Shown: positions 1 through 11,297 of the stretch, one piece after another
How positions within the stretch are numbered: position 1 is the stretch's first letter
How the letters are laid out: each line of letters starts with the position of its first letter
From: Lophium mytilinum
Lineage: Eukaryota
Reading direction: 5' to 3'
Assembly (NCBI GenBank): GCA_010093605.1
Contig: MU004181.1
Coordinates: 1,054,001-1,118,000, forward strand
DNA: 64,000 nucleotides
The notes under the pieces: generated by a model
What the model saw: the letters and a program-made list of their open reading frames with translations, nothing else
Database searches by the model: none
Told to the model about the DNA's origin: nothing
Program-made: the position numbers and the translations under genes

Positions 1-782
1 CATGCAAAATATCCCATTCCGTTCTGGACCAGAAAAAAAGGCCTCCCCACAGGGGGGTCCTATATGTCTTTGTAGAGTACCAAAGTGAGAGAAGGGAAAC
101 AGTATCAAAGAAACGACCGGAAAAACAACATGGTTTAGATGCATATGTGAATTCGAAACGATGAGCGAAAATGTGAAGAGTAAGTTGAAAAGGGAAAATG
201 GGGGGTATGCCACACGATACGCCGAAGTTTGGGAACCGTTTTTGTAGTAATGAGGAGAAGTGAGGCGAACAAAGGAGCAACGAGGACGAGAAGAACTCAT
301 CCCCATCAGTGAAAGATGCCCGAATTTAGCACTAGGAGATTCATTAAGACGACCCCACACGAATGTGAAAGCCATGACACAGGAGACACAAGATTCCACA
401 GCACGACTAAGAAGACAAGCTCTGGGGAAAGAGGTGCCGGCCTACAGTATGAGAGAGAAAATTACAGAAACCGCCACAATAGTGAGAAAGGATTTCCGAG
501 CTTGAAGTAAGTATCCCTAACAAAGACCCTTGAGACTTCTTTCCCCACACCTTGAATAAAACAATCCGACCCGAGAAACATTTTGGGGACATAAAAGCAA
601 GCAAGACAGGCATAGGCAGTCAACAGGAAAGACCGCGCCCCAGGGACAGACAGTTTAATCGGGAGAAACACCTAACCGGTACTGGAGGATAAGTATCCAA
701 GGGTACCCACGTAAACAGCCAAGCACATGGAGAAGATAGATACTCTGGATGCAGCTAATGAATCGAAGGAAAAGCGGTGCGC

Positions 783-2510
783 CTAGCCCTGGTATCCGCC
801 GAAGCCGTTGTTGACTTGTCCGAAGTTGCCCGGGTTGGGCTGGCCCCACTGCTGAGCAGGCTGACCACCGCGACCGTAACCTCCAGCGCTGCCCGGCATT
901 TGCTGATAAGGTTGGGCCATGCCAGGGCCACCGAAGCCGGCTTGGTTCTGTTGGTAAGGCTGACCACCAGGGCTGGGGCCTATGAAAACGTTAGTACGCG
1001 CTGACATTCCAGCATTCTGTCGGTGCATACCTTGAGGAGACATTGGGCCAGGTCCGTTGTATTGCGGGAAATACGTGCTAGGGGTTTGCGGGAAGGCAGA
1101 GTTCGGCGCACCCTGGGCTGGAGAGTATCCCTCGAATTGGCCAGTCGGAGGACGGTCCTTGCCCCACTATTCCGTTGTAAGTAGTTGCGTACGAAATTAG
1201 AGACAGTCATCAAACTTACGCTGCACTTGAGAGGACGTCCGTTGACGTTGTACCCGCTGAGCTGGCAGATGGCCATAGCGGCATTCTCGTGCGAGTCCAT
1301 CTTGATGAAAGCAAACCCACGGTCCGACTGGAATCGAGTCTCCACGACGTACCCAAAGTTCTGGAAGAGGGGCACCAAGTCGGTTTGGGACGTGTACGGA
1401 GTTAGGTTGCCGACATAGCAGGTCGTCTGCCACTGGGGAGTCTGTTGGACGATCATGTCATAGCTCTGAACGCCGTGGGTCGGGAAGTGATGATGCCCGT
1501 ACGGAGTGGTCGGGGTCATGCCCATGGAGGCCATAGCCTGCTGCTGAGAGATCGAGGGCTGGCCCTTCTGGTTGGCCCAGTTGCAGCGGATGGCGCGCGA
1601 TCCAAGCCATTCGCCATCCATGGAGCTCAAAGCCCGTTCAGCATCGCTGCGATCGCGGAACGCAACAAAACCATAGCCACGGGATCTTCCAGTCTTCATG
1701 TCCCACATGACACGGGCTTCGGAGACGGGGCCGAAAGTTGAGAAGGCTTGGAGCAGGACCTCATCGTTGACCTCGTTGGAGAGATCGCCAACGAAGATGT
1801 GGAAGTGGTTCGAGGTGTCCTCTTTGGTCGTGTTATTGGACTGGTAGGCCCAGTTGACGCGGATTTCCTGCTCTGTTTAGCTCATGGCTTGAAGCGCATC
1901 GGGAGCTGACATACCGTGTTGTGGACACGACGACCGTTGAGAGTCTGCATCGCGCGTTCGGCCGCAGCTGGATCGTCGTACTCGACAAAGCCGTAATTGA
2001 AACCCTTTGATTGAAACTGTAAGCGCTGTCAGTGCGATGGGTGTTCGCAGCAACGGGTCATTGTGATGATGGAGATGGAAGGGACGAGAAAAATGTGGCG
2101 CAAGGCGGCGCGTAGGATTCGGCGCATAAAAAAGCAACGCAGGGAGTACATACATTTTTGTCAGGGATGATCTTCACATTCTGAACGTGCCCAGTGGTCT
2201 CGAAGATTTGTCGCAAGACCTCCTCGGTGACGCGAGGGTCCAGTCCGCCCACGTATAGCGCCCGCTTGTTGGGCTCGGGAGCCGCACGACGCACGTAGCC
2301 GGGACCGCCGCTGGTTGGCGACATGACACCGCCGGACAGAGGAGAGCTAATCGCGGTGGGAATCGGATTAGTGTTCTGCGGAATGGCCAACGGAGGGGGA
2401 GGCATGTGCTGGCCGGCTTGCCCATTGTTCTGGCCGTTGTCGTAGCCGGGCGCGCCAGCCGAGGCGGGCGGCGGCGGGAGGGCCGAGGCCTGCGAGGTAG
2501 AGTCGGTCAT
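783..2510 (-). CDS. PUB1: Polyadenylated-RNA-binding protein Pub1 (TIA-1 family, three RRMs, Q/G-rich tail)
   Basis: Exons 2510-2154, 2016-1915, 1867-1220, 1166-1031, 979-783 with GT-AG introns. RRM motifs ALYVGGL/KGFNYGFVEY, HIFVGDL/RGYGFVAF, TCYVGNL/RGFAFI; EIRVNWA and IRCNWANQKG are typical of Pub1. Confidence 0.95.
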
Positions 2511-3393
2511 GGCGAAGGCGTCGGTGGTGAGTGGTTATTATGGGGTGGTCGAGAAGCCGTGGAAGAGGTTGAATCGACGAGGGGCGCTGCAGGCGGCCGT
2601 GCGGTAGGAAATGCTAGCACGGGCGGTCTTCTTGGGCGGCCCGGACTCGAGAAATAGTCGGCGGGAAAGAAAACGATGAACAGATATGTGTGCGCGTAGT
2701 AAAAGGTGGACAGCTATATGACGGTGAGGTTGAAAAGTATAGCGGTCGTCGAAGAGAAGAGGAGGAGCCGTGAGCGGCAGGCGCACTCGGACCAGAGACG
2801 AAAGCAGGCACAAGGAGAGAGGAAAGGAAAGAGAAAAGGAAGGCCGCAGAAGCAGGAGAGACCCGACGCCAGCAACGATGGAGTTGGTGATGCGGAGGGA
2901 GGTGTGGGGTGAGTTGGGAGGAGAGCGAGAGCTGCCAAAAGGTGTGCAATCCTGCTGGCCGCGCTAGCCCGCCTTGGGCGCTGGGCGGGCCCTCCCGCGC
3001 TGCAGCTCGGCGGTATCAACGGCGCGCGTGCTTAGTATGCAGCGCTGTCACTGCGAATGTGCGTCGATATGGGTGTCTTTGACGGTTCTGAACTGCAAAG
3101 AACTGTGCCAGATAACGCAGGGCAGGCGCATCGGGCGGGTGCTGCTTCTATATCCTAGAGACGCCCGATCAGGCGGTACAATACGTACGATACGGTAATC
3201 TTTGCGTGCCTGACTAACTCGACGCTAGTGAGCCCGTAGCATCGGCGTGGGAGATGGCCCGCCAAAGCTTGGTACCGTTGAGCCTCCGCCGCCTTTCACC
3301 GTCGACAACAGCGGATGCGTCACCGTGTTGCCTCTCCCATACCCTCACTTCACCCCTTCTCTTCCTCGCTGCACGTAACCCCGACTCTCCAGC

Positions 3394-4601
3394 ATGGCGA
3401 CGCCCCAAGCCCAAGCTCCGCCCGTTGCTATCCCTCTGGACCAGCTGCAATCCATGGTCAACGCCGTGGTGAGTATCCACTCCAGTAGTCTATATACCCA
3501 TTCCAGTACCCAGTCGCCTAACCGACTCCCAGCTTATGCAAACCGGCAAAATCTTCAAAGACCCCAAGCTCGCAAGCTCCGCCAAAAATGCCTACAACCT
3601 GAAGCGCATCGTCCCCGCTGCCGTCGACCGCTTCCAAGACTCGCTGGACGAGCTGGAGGATGAGATTGTGCGTTGATCTCCCCTATACACCTACGCGACA
3701 AAACTGACACCCTCAGCACCGTGCCCAAGCTGTCTTCCGGAGGGACCTGGCGTTAATACGAGCCGACCGCATAAAACGGGAACAAGCAGAAGCTGCAGAG
3801 CGACAGCGCGTGGCGGCAGAAGCAGCATACAAGGCCTCCAAGCCTGCAGAGACACAGAGCAAGCCAGACGACATCATGCGAGGCGTCGAAGACCTCTTGA
3901 ATGAACCCAATCCGCCTGCGGCCAAGGAGAAGTCGCCGGAAGCCCCCCCGCCGCCTGAACCAGCAGTCAAACCGCAACCTCCTCCCTCCTCATCTGTAGC
4001 ACAAGTGTCGCTGCCTGCGCCAACAGCTCCTATGTCTCATCCTGCGCCCATTAATACTACCGCTGCTCCGGCCCCGGATCCTCTCTTCGACGCGACACCG
4101 ACCACCGCCGCAAGCATGCCGGACGCAGCATTCGATTTCGATGCTCTCTTCGAGAACGACCCCGCCGACCCCACCGACCCACCCGTCGACACTACCACTC
4201 AAAATCACACCGTAAATGACTTCGAGTTGGACCTCGGCGGCGGCGGTGGCGACGACAGTCAGTCGCTCCTGCGTGGCCTCGAAGACTTCGCCAACAGCGG
4301 AGCAGACAACGCCAACACCTCCAATATTGAGCCTACGTCCAACGACTTCAGCATGCTAGACCTTCCCCCTGTGCCAGTTGCTGGAGCCCCGAATTCAGGT
4401 ACTTTGGATGTGCTCGCTGGTATGGGCAATCTCACCTCAGGGGCACCTCAGCAGGAGAGTCTGCCCGCCCAGGACCAACAGGTGGCGGACGACCTTATGA
4501 ATCTAGACGTGGAGGCCACCACTTTTGATGATTTGTTTCAGTGGGACGACAATCAAGAGGGAACTCAGTTCGAGGATCAGTTCATGGACTTTGGCGATTA
4601 G
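3394..4601 (+). CDS. Conserved fungal protein, probable Mediator tail subunit (Med2/Med29-like)
   Basis: Exons 3394-3468, 3533-3667, 3717-4601 with canonical splice sites in one continuous frame. Helical N-terminus (DRFQDSLDELEDEI), E/R/A coiled coil, Pro-rich linker, acidic-hydrophobic C-terminus. The gene is confident; the function is inferred. Confidence 0.8.
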
Positions 4602-5032
4602 GGGTGGGGCGAGGGGCTCGGCAGGTAGGTTGGTAGTCTTCCAAGTCCTATGTCAGGCGGTCTGGTCTAGCTTCTACCCCCTAAATAGTGTAAATCCAGC
4701 TTTCCTTAAAAGGCTTATTGTTCAAGCCTATGGACACCCTCATGCGGCCGTCTGACTGGCTTCCGCGCAGCCTAAACTCTATAGACTGAATATAAAGTTC
4801 GTCACAGCCCAAACCAGACCACCCACTCCAGATTCCAACCAACCATCAGGCGCCACTGTCAGGAGTGCCCCAGTGCATCACATAATCTTCAAATGAAGTT
4901 TGAAAGTTCACCACAGCTTTACCTACAGCTCCCCACTACCTCCTATATACACGCATTTTCAGCCTTCTCATAAATCATAAAAAAGGAACACATAACCAAC
5001 GTAGTACCCCACCCCTTCTTAGCTAAACGAGA

Positions 5033-6778
5033 TCAAACATGCAAACTCCCAATACTCTCCACAACCACCTCAAAACTCGCGCTCCTAAAGTCATCCTTCA
5101 GCAACGTCGCGCTCGTCGGATAAAAATTCATAAGCTGCTGCCCCTCCCCCCACTGCGGCCACTCCGTCACGCCACTGCCCACATTCGGGTCCAAGTGGTG
5201 CACAAACGAGAAATAATACGAGTGGATCGACGCGGACGCGTAGTTCGGCAGGATCCCGTAGAAAACCTGGAGGAGGTCGCTGGCATGGAACGTGCCCAGC
5301 ACGGGGGTCCCGTAGTCGTAGCTGCTCAGGTACGACCAGCTCGGCACATCCGCGTTCACGGCCGTAGCGGTGGTCAGGAACGCCCGCCGGCTGAGCGTGA
5401 AGGTGAGGTCGCCGAGAATCGCGGCGAGGCGCTTGAACTGCGGGTACCAGTTCCAGAGGTCCCCGGTGCGAAAGGGGGAGCCGGCGGAAGCGTCGTCGGG
5501 GTAGGTGGCGACGAGGGCGGAGATTTGCGCGGGCGAGGCGTCGGCGAAGAAGATGTTGGCGAGGTAGGCTTCGAGGTCGGCGGTGGTGGAGAGGTTGGAT
5601 TGGAAGAGGGCGAAGATAGTGCCTTCGTCTTCTTGGTCGCCGATGATGAAGGGGACTTTGGCGTATTTGCCGGCCGCGATGAGGGTTTCCGGAGAGGCGG
5701 TTAGTGCGGAGCCGTCGGGGCGCGGGAGGTAGGAGAGCGAGACCGAGTTGTAGGAGAGGATTCCTGGGACCGAGTTGGCGGCGTTGAGAAGGGTGGTGTA
5801 GTCGACTTCTCGGAGGCAGGCGAGGGTGTCGCTGGCGGATGAGCATCCGGCTGCCTTCACGACAGTGTCGTAGACGACTTGCCCCTTAGGACAGTCGACT
5901 GGGTCAGCTGGGACCACGGAGCCGGAATCCATAATGCCGGCTCTGAAGAGAGGCTTTCCCTTGTAAGTGTTATCGCCATCGTACAATGCCATTTGATCCA
6001 GGACTGATATGGCTCCTGCTGACTCGCCCCAGATTGTAACTTTCTCAGGGTCTCCTCCAAAAGCGGCAACATTGTCTGCGATAAATTGCAATCCCAGCCT
6101 TTGGTCCAGAAGTCCCAGATTCGCTGAGCCATCGGCCAGGATCTCGGCACCTGGTAAGAATCCGAACCCTCCTACGCGGTAATTGACTGCAACGAATACA
6201 ACAGGCTTGCCCTGAATGACTGAATCTCTGACCAATTGAGCGCCGTCATACATCAATGACGATCCGAGCTCAAATCCGCCGCCAAATCTTATATCCTTGT
6301 CAGTGAAGCTTCGCTGTGGCAAATCTTGATCTAGAGAGGAGACATCTTACATCCAAAAGAGTACTGGTAGTTTTGAAGAGACAGTGGTTCCTTCAGGTCG
6401 AATAACATTGAGAGTCAAGCAATCTTCTCCCGCATTAGTGATGGTTTGGAAGAGCGGCAAGTCGAGTAAAGTCCCAAGTATCGAAGTAGGAAATTGGCTC
6501 GTGTCAACATCGAAGAAGAACTGAGGACACGCTTTTGCAATTCCTGTTGCGCTAACTGTGCCTAGGGGCGAGTTCAATGCCTGCGGTGGCTTAAGACGCA
6601 GGTGGCCCACAGGAGGCTGTGCGAACGGAATACTATTGAAGATGTCTACGCCGAGAAGATTTGATCCCACAATGGTGGCTTGGGGTGATGCGATGCTGAC
6701 CGTGGGAACGCCTCGTTTTGCGGGTGCAGCGTTTACAAGGGGAAGGACAATCAAAAGAACTGAGAAGAATTTGAACAT
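5033..6778 (-). CDS. Secreted type-B carboxylesterase/lipase (Candida rugosa lipase-like)
   Basis: Exons 6778-6351 and 6287-5033. Signal peptide [17 protein letters not shown]; motifs [15 protein letters not shown] oxyanion hole, GESAG nucleophile, DQEDEG acid, GTFHASD histidine. Confidence 0.95.
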
Positions 6779-7152
6779 ATTGAGAAGCGTATTGCGCTGT
6801 GACTCTGGTCTATGCAACTGTCGAGATGCTCACTGCCTGCCATCGTTTCCTGGTAACACATCGTGAGATTATATGTCCAAACATAATCCTCAACAAACAC
6901 TGTCACAAGCTGAGAGATGGAAGTCAAGCTAAGTAAGTCCTCGGTCAATAATGAAAGAATGACCAGATGATCCCCTTCAGCACTCTTTGGGGGTGGTCTC
7001 CGGCTCTTCTCCGTTATTATATAGCAGTTGTAGGTGGCTTGAGAAGCTTTCCGGGCTCCATGAACGGCTCTTACTCGGTATTTGGTTAGTTGAACACGGA
7101 GTGCTGGGGATATCTGTATCGCTACTGGTAATTAGTGCAGCAAATAAGATCC

Positions 7153-7499
7153 AATTTGCGGGGTGCCCATTCGTGGAATGTGGAGACTAGAGCGGCGCGA
7201 GAAGTGCCGGCGGATGCATCAAGATGCATAGTGGGAGACTAGGAGGATCTCTTCCCGCACGTCGTCTTATGATCAAATCAGACCGCCTAGAAAGATCTCC
7301 TAAAATGATTTACAACGCGTTGCCCCTGGGCGATCTTTTGGCACCCCTTCGAGGTCAAAATGAGTCTCTACCCATATGAATGGGGCCATAGTCCTTCACT
7401 TCAGAATGAAAGGGAGTACGAGGCGTATGCCCGGAAGCCGGAGACGGTAAGAAAGCTTGGCCAGAATACGTCACGGCTCTATATGAATTTGCGGGGTGC
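7153..7499. promoter_or_regulatory. Two identical 14-bp AATTTGCGGGGTGC elements (CreA/Mig1-type SYGGRG sites) upstream of the lipase
   Basis: Exact copies at 7153-7166 and 7486-7499; each has an AT-rich flank plus GCGGGG. Confidence 0.45.
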
Positions 7500-9402
7500 A
7501 ATCCTGGGGTAAGAGCCGATTCCTAGTCTCTTTCCCAGAGCGTCGGCGTTGATACCAGAAACAGGATCGCGGGGGGTATACACGGCTGGCATCCCACCAC
7601 ACCCTCTTGGAAAGGGCGCGGGGGGGCGGAGTCATGATGGTAGCGGTATGTGCGGGTAGATTGTTCGATGAACTGAACTCGGTGGATTACCTCCGTTGCC
7701 TCGGTATCTCTGTACACAAGGTCATGGGACGAAACTGACATGGGTTGTAAAAGCGATGACCTCTATCGATGAAGGTAAATTGGCTTTTCCCATACTTAAC
7801 CAGTGCCTCTTTTTGACAGAAGAGAGACGCTCTCGTGAAGTTAGGAAGCAAAGGAAGAGTCACGCGAGACTGAAGGAAACTGAAGAGATTCCTGAAAGAC
7901 TACCTTATACCAAGTCCGCTTCATTCTGGCTGGGAGTTGCACGCGAACCCGCAAGGGACCAGTCAATACCCATTAGCAAGAGCTTTCATGTGCTTGATGC
8001 CTATCCTTTAGACCGGTTTGCAAGCTCAATGCTTCGTGGGTCAATAACGGATTCTTTTCGACCCAGAACGCTGCCGGACGATTCGAAAGAGGAGTCAGGC
8101 GCATGAGGACGCTGAAGCGATCACGACTTCTGTCCGACAGGGCTCCCGATATTGAATTGCAGGCATTGCACCAGCGCCTTGGTATAGCCTGCTAGGACCC
8201 TACCTACAACTCGGCGCAAAGACCAAAGATAGGAGCGCTTCGTGGCTGCGCCCGAAGTCATAGCTCCTCGAATCTGGGGAAAGTAATTCCGGCTCATCTG
8301 CCGGCAGACATGCGTCCACGTGCGACCCATGGAGCGCTCGGCGTATTTCACATGTTTGAGGAATACTGATGACCAGTAGAGGGGTGTTGGCCGCCAGGGC
8401 TGTGGTGAGGAAAAGGCGGGGGTGCTCCGAGCGTCTTGACGGACATCAGAGAGCCAGCGGGGATACTTTGACAAGAGCATTCCGAAAGGGTCGGCTCAAG
8501 GAGTAGGTACAGGTCAGCACATTGGTGGTGAGGATGGTAAAAATATACGAGTCGAGTCGGGAATGAGTAGACTCGTAGACCTGGCACGAATCCTGCCTAG
8601 CCGAATTTATCTCAGAGAACATAGCACAACAAAGCTCCACAATTTCACTTCCACTACGTCGCATAACCAATTTTTGGTTTTAATCGATCGGTAAGCGGTG
8701 GTGCTCGGTGGCGACTACTCTTCATCTCACAGGCAGCAACTGAAGAATGGCTGCTATTAGCCGTAATGCTATCGTTGATGACTGACAGCTCGGAGCATCA
8801 CCAATATTGGTGCACATATACTTCGTATACGCATTACTTACGTGTTGCAACAGCGCAGTTGGCAAGTGCCTACACTATCACAAACACGGACTCAATCCTT
8901 CGATCGTCAGCGCGATTTTCCATTTGCGTCACGAATTAGGAGAGCAAATAGCACATGCCACAACAATATGGATCTCAGAGACTCCAGAAAAGTCGAAGTA
9001 TCATGAGAAAACATATACCATTCACTTACTAGCTCCGCAATGGTGACCCTTCGCTCTGGAAAATCAGTCAAGACTGACACCCCAGCCGCCCCAGCCCCCC
9101 GAGCACGAAAACACGCAAAAACCAATACCACGACCACAGCCAAGGTGACAAAAAAGGAGGCACTGAAACCTTCCAAGAGGGCGAAAACGAAAAGAACAAG
9201 TATGCCGAAAGACAGCAATAGCAAGACACCAGTAGAGATGACTGCGCCACCACAGAATGAGCGCCACCATATTGATACGACGTCGGCGAGGTCAGAGCTC
9301 CCTAAGATTTAAAGATGCCTTGTAGGCACCGATTTTGCACATATCAAGAATTGATCCGGCGATAAGACTCTCAATTCAATTTTCCACATTTTCTACAGGA
9401 AC

Positions 9403-11128
9403 ATGGCTGATTTTGTGCACGTTGAAAGACCCAATGTCGAAGGACCCCCTCAACCACCACCCGTGAAGGAGCCGACACCTTCGGAAGGCTTGGATTTCCT
9501 ATCTGTGCACCCATTCGTGAGGGAATCGGTGCAGGATAAGGTGTTCGGTACCATAATTGGGTCGGCGCTGGGCGATGCCATCGGGTTGTACACAGAATTC
9601 CTCACTCAGGATGCGTCCAAGACATTTTATCCGACGAGGAAGTTCCAGCTCGTGGCGCCGGTGACCCCTCGATACGCAGACAATCATCGCAGTAGGTTTT
9701 GAGATTCTCTTTGTGATTTCGTAGTTCTGCTGGGATAGGTTCCCTAATCTTGTTCACTCATCTAACGATATACCTCTCGGTCAGCTAGTCCGTTATTGAA
9801 GACAGTCGGACCATACAAACTGGAGACGCATAACCTTACTTACTCTCACGCAGACAGATTTGGCCCAGTAAGCTAACACCCCATGCTTCTCGTCTCCCAA
9901 AATACCATTTTCTGTGCCCCTTACATCGGCAACTCTTCACACCACTCCCCCTCCGAAGTGAGGTATTGACCACCCCCAGTGCGCCTGGACCGACGACACC
10001 GACCAAGCCCTGCTAATCCTGCTCTCCTACCTGCACAACCGCGGCACCATCTCCGCCACCGACTTCGCCGCCCGCCTCCGGATCTGGGTCCAGCAAGGCC
10101 TGCGCGCCCTCGACACGCCCCCAATGGGCTTAGGCAAGCTCGTGAGCACGGTCGTCGGATCGAAGGCATTCCTCACCTCGCCAACCGAAAGGGCGATAGA
10201 TGCATGGATCAAGACTAAACGGTTCGTTGCCCCTAACGGAAGCTTGATGCGGACCCACCCGATCGGTGTCATGGGCGTAGGCCTCACGGAGGAGGCGACG
10301 TGGCGTGCGGCGACGGAGGTTGGGCGCACAACGCATGTGGATCCGAGGTGTGTTGTTTCTTGCTGCATTTCGGTAGGCTTGATTAGGGGGATGCTTCGTG
10401 GAGAGGTGCGGAATGAGGGGGATGTTGATGCGTGTATTGAGCGGTCGTACGCGTGGGTGAAGGGCCAACCCGAACTCATGAACCCGGGCGACAAAGATAG
10501 GGTTCTCACCGCCCAAGAGGTTGAACGCCATCTCGAGCGGACAGAATTTGAGAAGCATGTCTATGCTAAGACGTTCGAGGAACTGGATCTGGATTCGCGA
10601 GCCGCGATGGGCTATGTGTACAAATGTATTGGTAGCGCGATCGTGACGCTACGGTTGGGAATGAGGGAGTCTTCGAAGGGGTCAGTGGTTTCAGCGGAGG
10701 TTTTCGAGAACTTGATCACGGACCTGATCATGTATGCTGGTGATGCGGACACGAATGGGGCGGCAGCTGGGGCGCTTCTTGGGTGCTGGCTTGGGTTCTC
10801 AAGGTTGCCGCCGACGTGGGAAAGGGGACTAGCGCATCGGGAGTGGTTGCTACATAAGGTCGAGAGGTTGAGTAAGATGATTGGTGTCACTTTGAGAACT
10901 GCTGGCGAGGAGGATACGCCTGAAGTCGACGAAGATCCTCTGGGGGGCAAGACGGCAATGACCCAAGAGCAGATGAACAAGAGAGATCATGACTTTGTAA
11001 CGCGAATGATAGAGGAGGACAAGCAGAGAAAGGCGCGGCTGGAAAGAGAAAAGCAGAAGGGAAAGTTCAGCGGCTGGCTGAGAGGGCTGTCTGGAAGCGG
11101 AACACCAATGGAAAGATCAAGGGCTTGA
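9403..11128 (+). CDS. ADP-ribosylglycohydrolase family protein
   Basis: Exons 9403-9691, 9854-9867 (micro-exon), 9980-11128. Motifs GSALGDAIG, WTDDTDQA, NGSLMR, THVDPRC, GDADTNGAAAGALLG. A possible extra 5' exon lies at 9040-9290. Confidence 0.92.
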
Positions 11129-11297
11129 TTCTAATTGTCATCTAAATCATCGCATTTGATATTCACCATCGTAATGTCTCATCAACTACCGCAGAGACCG
11201 AAACCCTCCATCGTTCTCAAGGCATCGTGCAAACCGAATCTAGCAGTCCTGAAATCGCAAAAGGCTCAAGATGAGAAGCAAACAAGATACTTCCGGC

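Noticed and set aside
7200..9030. Short ORFs between the lipase and the ADP-ribosylglycohydrolase
   Set aside because: No recognisable motifs or consistent splice model.
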